The translations under genes and the position numbers were made by a program. A stretch of DNA of 64,000 nt from an uncultured Phycisphaera sp. (GTDB lineage: Bacteria > Planctomycetota > Phycisphaerae > Phycisphaerales > SM1A02): assembly GCA_937919685.1 (NCBI GenBank), contig CALFOM010000095.1, positions 4,285-68,284 of the forward strand. The letters are read 5' to 3'. How positions within the stretch are numbered: position 1 is the stretch's first letter; each line of letters begins with the position of its first letter. Under the pieces are notes generated by a model. That model was not told the origin of the DNA, did not search any database, and saw only the letters and a list, made by a program, of their open reading frames with translations. Positions 1-9,045 of this stretch are shown here, one piece after another.

Positions 1-635
1 TCGCCGACGGCTACCACGTCGCGATCGTCAGGCACGGCAGTTCCCCTCGGTACAAAGTCCCGGATGCGGCGAGTCACGTGCGAAAAGCGTTGTGGCACCT
101 TCGTGAGACGGCACCGGAAAGGGGCCTCGATCCGGAACGAATCGGCGCCTTCGGATTCAGTGCTGGCGGACATCTCTCCTTGTATCTGGCGATGCTCGGA
201 GGCGAGGAAGCGACCCCAGAACTCCGCGCCTCCCGACGGGATTCGGATGAGACGAAGGAGATCGCAGCGCCGGTCGCCGCGGTGGTGGTCTGGTATCCAC
301 CGGTGGACATGGTTCGGATCGTGGGTCCCAGCGACTCTTTTCCGGCCCTCGACTTCGACCCGGAACTCGCGCACGAGGTTTCTCCGATCCGGCATGTCGA
401 TACAGGCGATGCGCCCGTGTTGATTCAGCACGGGACGGCCGACCAACTGGTTCCACTCCTTGGAAGCCGGATGATGCTCAACGCTCTGGAGAAGGCCGAC
501 GTCCCCGCCGAACTTGAGATCTACGAAAACGCGGGGCACGGCTTCGCGGGGGATGATGCGACTCGCTCCTCGGAGCGGGCGAAGGCCTGGTTCGATCGAT
601 GGCTTCTCCCGCCGCCCGACTCTCAGTCGCCGTAG
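1..635 (+). CDS. alpha/beta hydrolase (esterase/lipase-type), 5' end cut by the window edge
   Basis: Frame 3 is open from base 3 (ADGYHVAIVRHGSSPRY...) and continues into ORF 78..635. It has the nucleophile elbow GFSAGGH, a late HGTAD and a GHGF His motif, typical of fold-3 alpha/beta hydrolases. Confidence 0.8.
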   Translation, partial: ADGYHVAIVRHGSSPRYKVPDAASHVRKALWHLRETAPERGLDPERIGAFGFSAGGHLSLYLAMLGGEEATPELRASRRDSDETKEIAAPVAAVVVWYPPVDMVRIVGPSDSFPALDFDPELAHEVSPIRHVDTGDAPVLIQHGTADQLVPLLGSRMMLNALEKADVPAELEIYENAGHGFAGDDATRSSERAKAWFDRWLLPPPDSQSP

Positions 636-780
636 CGACCAATCCGGTCGCGGGATCGTCATGGGCCTCGATGAGCGGATGGATGCGGTATGCTCCGTTG
701 CCCACATCGCTGTCGTGGTCGACGTTGCTTCACGGTCGTTCTCATCACCTTTGATCTTCTTTTAGAGCTAAAGGGGTCCA

Positions 781-1230
781 ATGCCTGAACTCGCCACCGC
801 CAATCCGCCCAAAAAGAGCGGCGCTCTCCATTCGTTCAATCTTGTCTTGGTGACCATGTGCGTCATGTCGCTGGTCGCGGTCACCATCATGTTGATCGTC
901 TTGATTTGGAGTGACGCGAACACCGACCTCGCGGCCAGGATGATGTCCACGATCGGACTCCTGCTTTTTGGGAGTCTGTTGGGCTTACTGGTGAATTCGA
1001 TTGCCGGACGATCACTCCACATCCTTCTCGCGAAGATCTGCTGGCTTGCCTCCTGGCTGTGCATCGTCGGTGGCACCGCGATTGGTGTGATCGCGATCTG
1101 GCTGCATGTGGACCACGAGGAGATTCTGCTTCGCACGGTGGGTACCATCGTGGTTCTCTTCATTGCGAGCATGATCGGGATGGCACTGGCCGGCACGCTG
1201 GCGAGTGCGAGCCGTCGGGACGCGGCCTGA
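781..1230 (+). CDS. hypothetical integral membrane protein (about four hydrophobic helices)
   Basis: ATG ORF preceded by AAAGGGG. Long Leu/Ile/Val/Gly-rich segments alternate with short polar loops. No family recognised. Confidence 0.5.
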   Translation: MPELATANPPKKSGALHSFNLVLVTMCVMSLVAVTIMLIVLIWSDANTDLAARMMSTIGLLLFGSLLGLLVNSIAGRSLHILLAKICWLASWLCIVGGTAIGVIAIWLHVDHEEILLRTVGTIVVLFIASMIGMALAGTLASASRRDAA

Positions 1231-1415
1231 TTAGGGGAAAATCCCGGTGAACATGGAGCAGCCAGACCACGACCATCGAAATGCTCGAGGCAAGGCGGGG
1301 GAAACAACCTCCGACCTCGACTCGATGAATGCAGAAACGCATGCGTCCGCTCCACCGACCTCGCTCGATGCGGTGGATTGGATTGCGAATGCCGCCGCCG
1401 TCGAAACCAAGCGTC

Positions 1416-1667
1416 ATGGATCATGTCATCCCCGCGAAGAACATGCCGGCGTTACTCGGTTACTACTTCGGCGTATTCAGCCTTCTCCCGGTGCTGGGGC
1501 TCCTTCTCGGGCCCGCGGCGGTCATTTCTGGAGTCCTGGGGCTTCAGAAGGCTCGTCCAACCGGCGTCGGTAGAGGACACGCGATCACGGCGATCGTGCT
1601 CGGAGGGCTGTTCGGGGGCGTGCAATGGTTGCTCGCCGTGGTAATGGCCGTCACGATAATTGGGTAG
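1416..1667 (+). CDS. DUF4190-like small membrane protein
   Basis: ORF 1329..1667. The internal ATG at 1416 (MDHVIPAKNMPALLGYYFGVFSLLPVLGLLLGPAAVISGVLGLQKA) matches the two-helix DUF4190 pattern. An acidic, protein-like N-terminal piece lies in another frame (1247..~1400), so the start is uncertain and a frameshift is possible. Confidence 0.55.
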   Translation: MDHVIPAKNMPALLGYYFGVFSLLPVLGLLLGPAAVISGVLGLQKARPTGVGRGHAITAIVLGGLFGGVQWLLAVVMAVTIIG

Positions 1668-2274
1668 GCAAACATTGGGATTCTAGGAAACCCAACGGTT
1701 GATGAGCTCGTATACGTTGGACGTCAGACTCTCAAAGAGCCTTTTGATGAAAGGTCGGACGTTGTTCCAGGGGCAATGGAGACGTCTTCCAAGCTGATCG
1801 CGAAGAACGGTGGAACGCACGGGACATTCTTGAATGTCCTGAGAATCGTTGCATCTGATCAAACCCTCACCAAGCCTGGTGACGAAGCGGATCCGCGACC
1901 CAATTCACCAAACCAGTTATCTCTCTCTCCGATCGGGGAACCGGTGGCGGTTCTTCCGCGGGTCTTTCGAGCGAGCCCGGTTCTCCAGAGGTTTCCGGCC
2001 CCTCCGCTCGCATCGCATCCTCGATCGTCGATGGCGTCCGATTCGCAGCAGGATCGGGCGTCATCACTTTCAGAGAGGCGATGTCGTGCCTGGGGCGCCT
2101 AGGCAAGGGTTTGTACAGACCGCGATGGTTGATGTTTCGACCGAGATGGCGGAGTCGTCGAACCGTCGCCGGCGTGTGCGCGGTCTCAAGAGCAGAGGAG
2201 CTCGAGCCCGTATCGGCTTCGGGCGATCCGGACAACACGACTTGAACGCGGATCGGGAAGGCCACGGGTCTAAA

Positions 2275-2311
2275 TCTCTGGAGGTCTCTGGAGGTCTCTG
2301 GAGGTCTCTGG
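2275..2311. repeat. 10-nt tandem repeat GAGGTCTCTG, about 3.7 copies
   Basis: Read directly: tctctg|gaggtctctg|gaggtctctg|gaggtctctg|g. It lies about 70 nt downstream of the stop of the minus-strand gene ending at 2379. Confidence 0.9.
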
Positions 2312-2378
2312 TCATCGGGCAGCCGCCGGGGTTTCCTTCCACGGTGGTCGCTCGGATCGGTTTCGTCCTCTAGATTCT

Positions 2379-5300
2379 TCAGAGCGAGGAGACGTCGACC
2401 GTAATCATCGAGATGCTGCCATCGCGTTCGAAGATCCCGCGTGCGGTCTCGGCGTCGATCGTGTCGCCCTCGATGATCGTAGTGCTTCCCGCCTGATCGG
2501 TCAGGTGGATGCGGGTGAGGCCATCACCTCGTTGATAGACGACCGGGACGCCGCACATCTGGAATCCGAGCCCGGGGGCCGGAATCGAGACGCGTCGGGC
2601 GGGCACTCGATCTCCGGCGGGGATCGACCAGTCTCCGTCGTCCGTGCGCCACTCTTCATCAAGGAGCAGGCTGGGAGCGAATCGGATTTTGCCAGAATCG
2701 AATCGAAGGCCAAGTTCCATTCGCCGGGTGATGAGTTCCTCCTTTACTTGTCCCGTCATTCCCGGTTGCTGGGCGCCGCGATCACCGGGGGTATGCGAGT
2801 AGGCATCGATCGGAAGGGCGCCGAAACGAGCCGCGGATCGCCGGAATCCCAGCCCGTCGCGGATGCGGTGGTACGAAAGATGAAGACGCTCGACCAGTTC
2901 TGCGGGGTCATCGGCATCTTCGGCGTGCTCAACGCATTCGCCTGCGGCAACCAGGAGTTTGGAGACCATGTGCCAGTAGGTGCAGCCGATTCCCTCGTAG
3001 CCGTACATGCCTCCGGATCGGCCGGTGAACCGGTGATGGTCGAAGATTCGTTCGTAGAGTTCGATCGTCTCGGTTCGATGAGCGTCTGCCGGACCGGCGA
3101 ACGACGGCTCGGTCTCGAGTTCGTCGAGCACGGCGGCGACGTCGCGCCGATTTCGGAGCGGCGTCGCGAAGCGAACGGTTCCAGCGCCATCGGTCTCGAT
3201 CAGGCGGGTGTCTCCGGATCGTACGAGTCCGGCCAAGAGCAAATTCGCCTTGAGATCCTCGGGGTCCAGGACACCCTTGTCGCAGAGTGGGGGGATGTGG
3301 CGAACCGGATAGAGCAGGAAGGTGTCGTGGTCGGTCCGATGCAGCGATGACCGGAAGAGCCGCTCAAGCAAATCGGCAGATTCGGAGGAATCGAGCGCCC
3401 CCGAGGAAAGAACCGCGACCTGTCCTTCGAGCATCTCGGGGAGATGGTGGACCGTGGCGGTGTCTTGGTCGAAGGCGACAAGGTTGTAACCGTGGTAGAG
3501 CCCGTCTTCCCGCCGGTTTGCCTTGATGGCATGATCAAGCCAAGTGATCGCGATGTCGCAGAGCGAGACCGCCCGCGATCCGCCGCAGGAGTCCGCAGAT
3601 GCCGTGGACGCGAGCCGATGGCGATAGGTCTCGAACGCACCGCCGAGACCGTCGAGAATCGTGCGGCGCTGCCGATCGCCGAGCGATGGATCATCGAGCA
3701 GTGATCGATGTTCATCGAGGATGCCGGTCACCTCGCGCATCCAGTCTGCGACTCGGTCGGTGATCCGGAGGTCGCCCCGGTGATTGGAGAAGAGGGACTT
3801 GAGGACGACGAGGTGTCGGCGGAGGTAACACGCGGTCACCATCGAAAGGCCGAAGCCGGCGAGGGCGTTGTTGGCATCGTTCCACTCTGGACGCTGGGTA
3901 TTCATCCAGATGCCGCCGTCGGGGACGAATGCCGAGAGTTTCGAAAGGACCGGGATCAGAAGCTTCTCGGCGAGCGTGACATGTACGACCTGGCCGTTGG
4001 CGTCGTGGACCAATCGGCCATCGGCGCCGATTCGATCGGCGCGATCGAGTGAGATCGCGTGGGCACGATCGTCAAAGGAGATCGTATTCCGTGGATCGGC
4101 GATGAGATCCGCGTGATCCGCGAGCCGGTAGGGCACATCGGCGTGGGAGAAGATGGAACGATCAAGCCAGGTATCGAGCCTCCCCGGTCCGGTCTGGAGA
4201 GAGAGTTCGAGAAGTCTTGTCAGGTAGCCGATCTGGTGATCACCCCAGTAGCCGATGTTGCTCCAAGGGTTATCCGGTTCAGGGGCCTCCCAGTCGATTC
4301 CTTCGCGGGTGATTCGATACGGGTTGAATCCGTCGGGCGTCGACGCGTTTAGGAACTTCGCGATGACGTGGTCGATCCAACCTGGACTGGAGAATGCGAG
4401 TGCCTCCCAGTTCTGAAAAATGTCCCGCCAGTTTCCTTCGAAAGTGAGCCGCCTCGCACCGTCGGCCTGCTTGACGCGGATGTTGAAGGCGTTCCAGGGG
4501 CGGCTTGGATCACCGTGGCGACGGCCGAACCAGATCGGTAGGTACTCCCAGGCGATTCGCTCCAGATTCGGATCGTCGAAGGACGCGGCTTCTTCGACCA
4601 GAGTGGCGCGGTCGACCCAGGCTTGATCGTCGCGAGACTCAAGCCATGCCCGGTGCAGGAGCGAAGTATCCGCATTGCGCTGGCGACAAAATTCGACCCA
4701 GTCCCGCCACGGAAGGTTGACGCCGTCGACGAAGACACCGCCGCGCATGTCATTGAAGAGGGTGTTGGTTCGGTGGTGGGCGTCGAGAATCGAATCACCG
4801 CTGCACTGCATGCCGTCGGTGTCCACGAGAATCGCGTCGATGGCTCTAGTGGTCTCGTCGATCTCGGCGGCGAGCTCGACGGCAAGGTTCGTTTCCGATT
4901 CCAATCGGCGATGCAGATCGGCAACCTGGGCCTGCGTGCGCCGGACGTCACTGACGATCGACCAGGTGGCGGACTCGTTGGGACTCAACGAGAGGGCGGA
5001 ATGGAGCAGGTACGCCGAGGAATGCCCCTTCAGCAGCGAGGTCGGTATGAAGATTCCTTCTCGAGCGAACGACTCGATCGCCTGCGAAGACAACGAGACC
5101 GTGCCGCCGGGGAGACCGGTCGACCAGACGGTCGTCGCATGGAGCGACTCCGCGGGTTCGGCCCGATCGCTCAACGCTGATTCCATGGAGATCGTGGCGA
5201 GTCTGGAGTCGATCGATTGCTCGGCCCGCGTGTAGGCATTGACGAGGCAACTCATGGTCTGCATCACACCGAGGCCGGCACCGCCCGCGACGAGTTCTCG

Positions 5301-5792
5301 AAGCCCGTCGACCACCTCGAAGTCGAGGGTCGTCGGCCCCGTACCCTCGCGTTCCAGAGTGACCGTTCGGACGAACCCCGAAGCCTCGCTGAATGCCCAC
5401 CATGCGCGGATTCGGAGTCCTATGACGGGATTCGTTTCCTCGAACACGATTCGGTCGCCGGATATGGAGCGAGCAAGATTCCGCGTGATGCCGTGTGTTG
5501 GTCGAGCGGAGAACGGCTCCCAGAGTGCGTCGCCGACGCGGATGCCAGTCCACGGCCCGGAGAAGGCATGGGCTTGGTGGATCAGGTCGTCGGTTCGATA
5601 TGGAAAGAGACAGTTGCCGTTGTTCACCCGGCCGGCGGTGAGCCCACCGTTGGAAGAGATGTAGAGCCAGTGGTCTGAGGGGCTCACCACCGTCAAGAGA
5701 AACGGCGGCATGCGATCGATGTCGGGGACGCGGTAGCACGCGACGCCGTCGATTTCGCAAAGCCCTTCGGTACGCATGGTTCCGGTGTTCAT
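2379..5792 (-). CDS. large (1137 aa) GH94-like / (alpha/alpha)6 glycoside-phosphorylase-superfamily protein; exact activity unknown
   Basis: ORF 2379..6074. The start is taken at the ATG at 5792 (MNTGTMRTEG...) because the upstream 94 codons are Arg/Asp-rich junk reaching toward the preceding gene. Motifs GNWRDIFQNWEAL and RPEWNDANNALAG resemble the G(F/Y)RDxxQD and DWNDxxN motifs of cellobiose/chitobiose-phosphorylase-type catalytic domains (recalled from memory). Confidence 0.7.
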   Translation of the reverse strand: MNTGTMRTEGLCEIDGVACYRVPDIDRMPPFLLTVVSPSDHWLYISSNGGLTAGRVNNGNCLFPYRTDDLIHQAHAFSGPWTGIRVGDALWEPFSARPTHGITRNLARSISGDRIVFEETNPVIGLRIRAWWAFSEASGFVRTVTLEREGTGPTTLDFEVVDGLRELVAGGAGLGVMQTMSCLVNAYTRAEQSIDSRLATISMESALSDRAEPAESLHATTVWSTGLPGGTVSLSSQAIESFAREGIFIPTSLLKGHSSAYLLHSALSLSPNESATWSIVSDVRRTQAQVADLHRRLESETNLAVELAAEIDETTRAIDAILVDTDGMQCSGDSILDAHHRTNTLFNDMRGGVFVDGVNLPWRDWVEFCRQRNADTSLLHRAWLESRDDQAWVDRATLVEEAASFDDPNLERIAWEYLPIWFGRRHGDPSRPWNAFNIRVKQADGARRLTFEGNWRDIFQNWEALAFSSPGWIDHVIAKFLNASTPDGFNPYRITREGIDWEAPEPDNPWSNIGYWGDHQIGYLTRLLELSLQTGPGRLDTWLDRSIFSHADVPYRLADHADLIADPRNTISFDDRAHAISLDRADRIGADGRLVHDANGQVVHVTLAEKLLIPVLSKLSAFVPDGGIWMNTQRPEWNDANNALAGFGLSMVTACYLRRHLVVLKSLFSNHRGDLRITDRVADWMREVTGILDEHRSLLDDPSLGDRQRRTILDGLGGAFETYRHRLASTASADSCGGSRAVSLCDIAITWLDHAIKANRREDGLYHGYNLVAFDQDTATVHHLPEMLEGQVAVLSSGALDSSESADLLERLFRSSLHRTDHDTFLLYPVRHIPPLCDKGVLDPEDLKANLLLAGLVRSGDTRLIETDGAGTVRFATPLRNRRDVAAVLDELETEPSFAGPADAHRTETIELYERIFDHHRFTGRSGGMYGYEGIGCTYWHMVSKLLVAAGECVEHAEDADDPAELVERLHLSYHRIRDGLGFRRSAARFGALPIDAYSHTPGDRGAQQPGMTGQVKEELITRRMELGLRFDSGKIRFAPSLLLDEEWRTDDGDWSIPAGDRVPARRVSIPAPGLGFQMCGVPVVYQRGDGLTRIHLTDQAGSTTIIEGDTIDAETARGIFERDGSISMITVDVSSL

Positions 5793-5908
5793 CGATTCTT
5801 CCGAGGAATGGAGACGATTGCGAAGTGTATCAGCGGCAGAACGCCGATCGTCAACGCTTTCTCGGAGGTCGATGTCGAGATTCCGTGCCGGTCGAGCCCG
5901 ATCGGGGC

Positions 5909-6964
5909 TCAGTTTGGAATCGTCACGCTCTTCCCGTCGGCGGATGCGGAATTCATGATTGCGTCGATCACTTTTTGCGTCGAGTGGGACATCGCTCCCC
6001 AGCCTGGCTGGAGAGGGGTCGCACCCCGCGCGATCTCGGAGAAGGTTCGCATCATCTCGACCTCCTGGATGCAATCCGGGGTGACGAGTCGTTCGATTTG
6101 CCGCTCGTGTATGAGGTCCTTCTCGGTGAGCCTCGACTCGGTCTCGAGATGAAGGCAGGCTTCCGTTGGACTTCCGATCACGAAGTCATCCATTCGCATC
6201 GTTCCGGTGGGCCCGCAGATCTCGACCCACTGACGGAGGGGGTGAACGAACGAACAGCTCAGGAAGGCATGGCGGTCTTCGTCGACTCCCGAAAAATCCA
6301 TCTCGGCACTTGTGTGTATCGGGACGCCGTTGTGCAGCCGATGGTGTCTGGCTCGGACCGCGTCGGGCATGGCGTCCATCGTTTCGAGGATGATCCGAAC
6401 CGAATACCAGGCGAGATCGCCGACGCAGCCAAGCGGCTCCGTCGATACGTCTCCGCGAATGTCCTGTGCAAAGAACGAATCATCCCCTCGAAAACTGAAT
6501 GCGCTGGTGATCAGATTCGGTTCTTTGCCGATGTCGGAGAGGCGGGACTTCAGCAGCTGCATCCGCGCGTGGTGCATGAACATGACGCCATCCATGAATT
6601 GCACGCCGGCATCCCTGCAGGCTTCGATCATCGCCTCGACGTCCGACGCGTTTGGTGCGACCGGCTTCTCGCAGAGGACATGCTTGCCGGCTCCCGCCGC
6701 GCGAATCGTCCATTCGCGGTGCAGGGTGGTGGGAAGGGGGATGTAGACGGCATCGACGTCGGGATCCTCCAGGAGCGCCTCGTAACTTCCGTAGGCTCGA
6801 TCTACCCGATGCTCGCTTGCAAAAGCCGTCGCCTTGGCGAGGTCTCGACTCGCGATCGCCAATGGATGTGCGTTCTCCGCGAGGTGCATCGCGCGAACGT
6901 TCTTCCTGGCGATCGACGCGGCTCCCAGCACTCCCCAACGACAGACTTTCTCAGGTTGATTCAT
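5909..6964 (-). CDS. Gfo/Idh/MocA family NAD(P)-dependent oxidoreductase
   Basis: Start MNQPEKVCRWGVLGAASIARK (Rossmann GxxGxxxIA). It also has YIPLPTTLH and the EKP motif (HVLCEKPVA). The start at 6964 follows AAAGG. Confidence 0.85.
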   Translation of the reverse strand: MNQPEKVCRWGVLGAASIARKNVRAMHLAENAHPLAIASRDLAKATAFASEHRVDRAYGSYEALLEDPDVDAVYIPLPTTLHREWTIRAAGAGKHVLCEKPVAPNASDVEAMIEACRDAGVQFMDGVMFMHHARMQLLKSRLSDIGKEPNLITSAFSFRGDDSFFAQDIRGDVSTEPLGCVGDLAWYSVRIILETMDAMPDAVRARHHRLHNGVPIHTSAEMDFSGVDEDRHAFLSCSFVHPLRQWVEICGPTGTMRMDDFVIGSPTEACLHLETESRLTEKDLIHERQIERLVTPDCIQEVEMMRTFSEIARGATPLQPGWGAMSHSTQKVIDAIMNSASADGKSVTIPN

Positions 6965-7047
6965 GTTTCGAACCTTTCGGTTGTTGGGAACGAGGTGATC
7001 GGATCGGGAGTCACGAACCAAGTCATGGATTTCGACCTCCCGCGGGA

Positions 7048-8175
7048 TCAATCGGTCGTGACGACCCGCATCCTGGTGACATCAGTGGCGCCTGGCTGGG
7101 CCGGATCGCGAGGCGGCGGCATCTGGACCAGTTGGGCATCGAGATGCATCGGCCTCCGCAGGTTGACGCGGACCTCGCCGCTCCCGTTGGCTTCCAGGCG
7201 AGCGGCCACGCGAGGCGGGACCGGTTCGGCAAGCCCGGGAGGAATACGGCGGGTGTATCGAACTGCGAGCACCGCGGTCTCCGCAACTCCGGTCGCCTCC
7301 AGCGCCGCCTGATCCACACTGGAGAGGGTCCAGGTCATGACCGTCTCGATCGGCGTTCCTTGCTCGAGGTTCGTCCAGCGGCTGGTCCAAGATGCTCCGA
7401 CGCCGACCGGTTGGTTCGGAATCACGGGTTCCGCAAGTCGCAGGATCGACGTGAGCCGCTCGACCTCGAAGATGTTTCGAGGACTGGCGGTCTCCAATCG
7501 GATCTGGATGCTGGTCGGGACCAGTCCGTAGCCCGAGAAATTCTGGGAGATCGCGGCGCCCGCGCATCGGGAGGCCGCGTTGTCCTGAACCCGTGCGTAG
7601 GCTCTGGCTCGTTCGATCACGGCGCCATTCGGCGCAAATGGCGATTTGATGGCGGTTCCGGTTGCACGGTTTTGGTCGGACTTCTCTTCGGCCTTGTCCG
7701 TCGCGGACTTCTTCGGTGGCTCGCGATCGGCATCGTTGATCGTCGCTTCGGGAATGCCCTCGGGCCTGATCATGAAGAGTCTTGCCGCTCCATTGAGCAC
7801 GCGCCATCGGGCTAAAGGCGTCGCGGAATCCTCGCTCGCCCGGATCTGTCCCTGAATCGTCCAGAATCGTTCGATTGGCGGACGCGACGTATTCACGAGA
7901 ACTGCCTTCGCGTCCTCTTTCAGATCGATGCCGTTCTCCAGCAATGTCGGAACGGTCCGAGAGGTTACCTGCAGCGTGCTCGCAGCATTACTCGGATCAA
8001 ACCATCGCAAGATGATCGGGCGGCCTTCGCCAAGATCGGTGACGGTCACGGACGGAATCAGATCACGTTCGATCTTGGTCGCCTGGGCAAAGATCGGCGA
8101 TGTAAAGAGTCCGACGGAAAGAATACCGATGGGGAATCGACGGATGGCAGACTTGAGATGGGTCATGTGGTTCAT
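7048..8175 (-). CDS. hypothetical secreted protein
   Basis: ORF 7048..8247. The likely start is MNHMTHLKSAIRRFPIGILSVGLFTSPIFAQA, a signal-peptide-like N-terminus (alternative ATG at 8166). No family recognised. Confidence 0.55.
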   Translation of the reverse strand: MNHMTHLKSAIRRFPIGILSVGLFTSPIFAQATKIERDLIPSVTVTDLGEGRPIILRWFDPSNAASTLQVTSRTVPTLLENGIDLKEDAKAVLVNTSRPPIERFWTIQGQIRASEDSATPLARWRVLNGAARLFMIRPEGIPEATINDADREPPKKSATDKAEEKSDQNRATGTAIKSPFAPNGAVIERARAYARVQDNAASRCAGAAISQNFSGYGLVPTSIQIRLETASPRNIFEVERLTSILRLAEPVIPNQPVGVGASWTSRWTNLEQGTPIETVMTWTLSSVDQAALEATGVAETAVLAVRYTRRIPPGLAEPVPPRVAARLEANGSGEVRVNLRRPMHLDAQLVQMPPPRDPAQPGATDVTRMRVVTTD

Positions 8176-8277
8176 GATGGAGAGGATGAACGAATTCGCC
8201 GTCGGAAACAAGTGAGATACCACTTTTCGCCGTTCTCGAAGACTCACTGCACCTCATCGGGGACGTTGGCTCTTCGG

Positions 8278-8952
8278 TCAAAACGGCGGGGCCGACCGGA
8301 ACGACATCGGAGAGGCATTGCCAGGATGCGTGAAGTCGAGTCTGGAGGCATGGAGGCAGAGCCGGGTCACTGAGGAGCGGAGTGGTTCGGGAGCGTAGAG
8401 GTCATCACCTAGAATGGGATGTCCGATCGACTTGAGATGAAGTCTGAGTTGGTGGCTTCGTCCAGTCAGAGGAGTGAGTTCGAGTCGCGTGATCGGCATT
8501 CGAGGATCGGCTGCGGAGGCGGCGAGCACGTCGTCCAGATCTCCGATCTCTCCGCGGCTCGTCACGATCCATTTCGTGAGGCTCGGCTTCCCGTGTTCGA
8601 AGTCGACCATCTGCCGCGGAGCATCGTCGAGATCCTTCCGAATCGGGAGATCGATCTCGCCGGCATCGAGGTGTAGGTGCCCACCGACCAGCGCGTGATA
8701 CAACTTTCGAGTCTCTCGGTCCTGAAACTGTCGGCTCAGTTCCCGGTGTGATTCGGCATCGCGACCCATCACGATCACCCCACTGGTGTCCCGATCGAGC
8801 CGATGGACGATGCGAGCTTCCGGATAGGTCGCATTCACGCGACTTGCGAGACAATCCGCCTTCTCCGGTCCGATGCCCGGCACGGAGAGCAAACCGGTCG
8901 GTTTATCGAGGACGATCAGCCGGTCATCGAGGTGGAGAACGGGTGGCAGCAC
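8278..8952 (-). CDS. RluA-family pseudouridine synthase
   Basis: It has LIVLDKPTGLLSVPG, the catalytic HRLDRDTSG motif, and GRSHQLRLHL near the C-terminus. The start codon is GTG. Confidence 0.85.
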   Translation of the reverse strand: MLPPVLHLDDRLIVLDKPTGLLSVPGIGPEKADCLASRVNATYPEARIVHRLDRDTSGVIVMGRDAESHRELSRQFQDRETRKLYHALVGGHLHLDAGEIDLPIRKDLDDAPRQMVDFEHGKPSLTKWIVTSRGEIGDLDDVLAASAADPRMPITRLELTPLTGRSHQLRLHLKSIGHPILGDDLYAPEPLRSSVTRLCLHASRLDFTHPGNASPMSFRSAPPF

Positions 8953-9045
8953 TGGAAAAACACCGGATCGAGGAAAGGGAAGCCCTTGAAAAACGGGAAA
9001 CGCATCGAGAGGACCGATAGACTAGGGACTTCCGTCCGGCGCGTG

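Noticed and set aside
5825-7815. Plus-strand ORFs of 495 aa (5825-7312) and 387 aa (6652-7815)
   Set aside because: They are antisense to the Gfo/Idh/MocA oxidoreductase and the secreted-protein gene. They are Arg/Gly/Pro-rich with no motifs.
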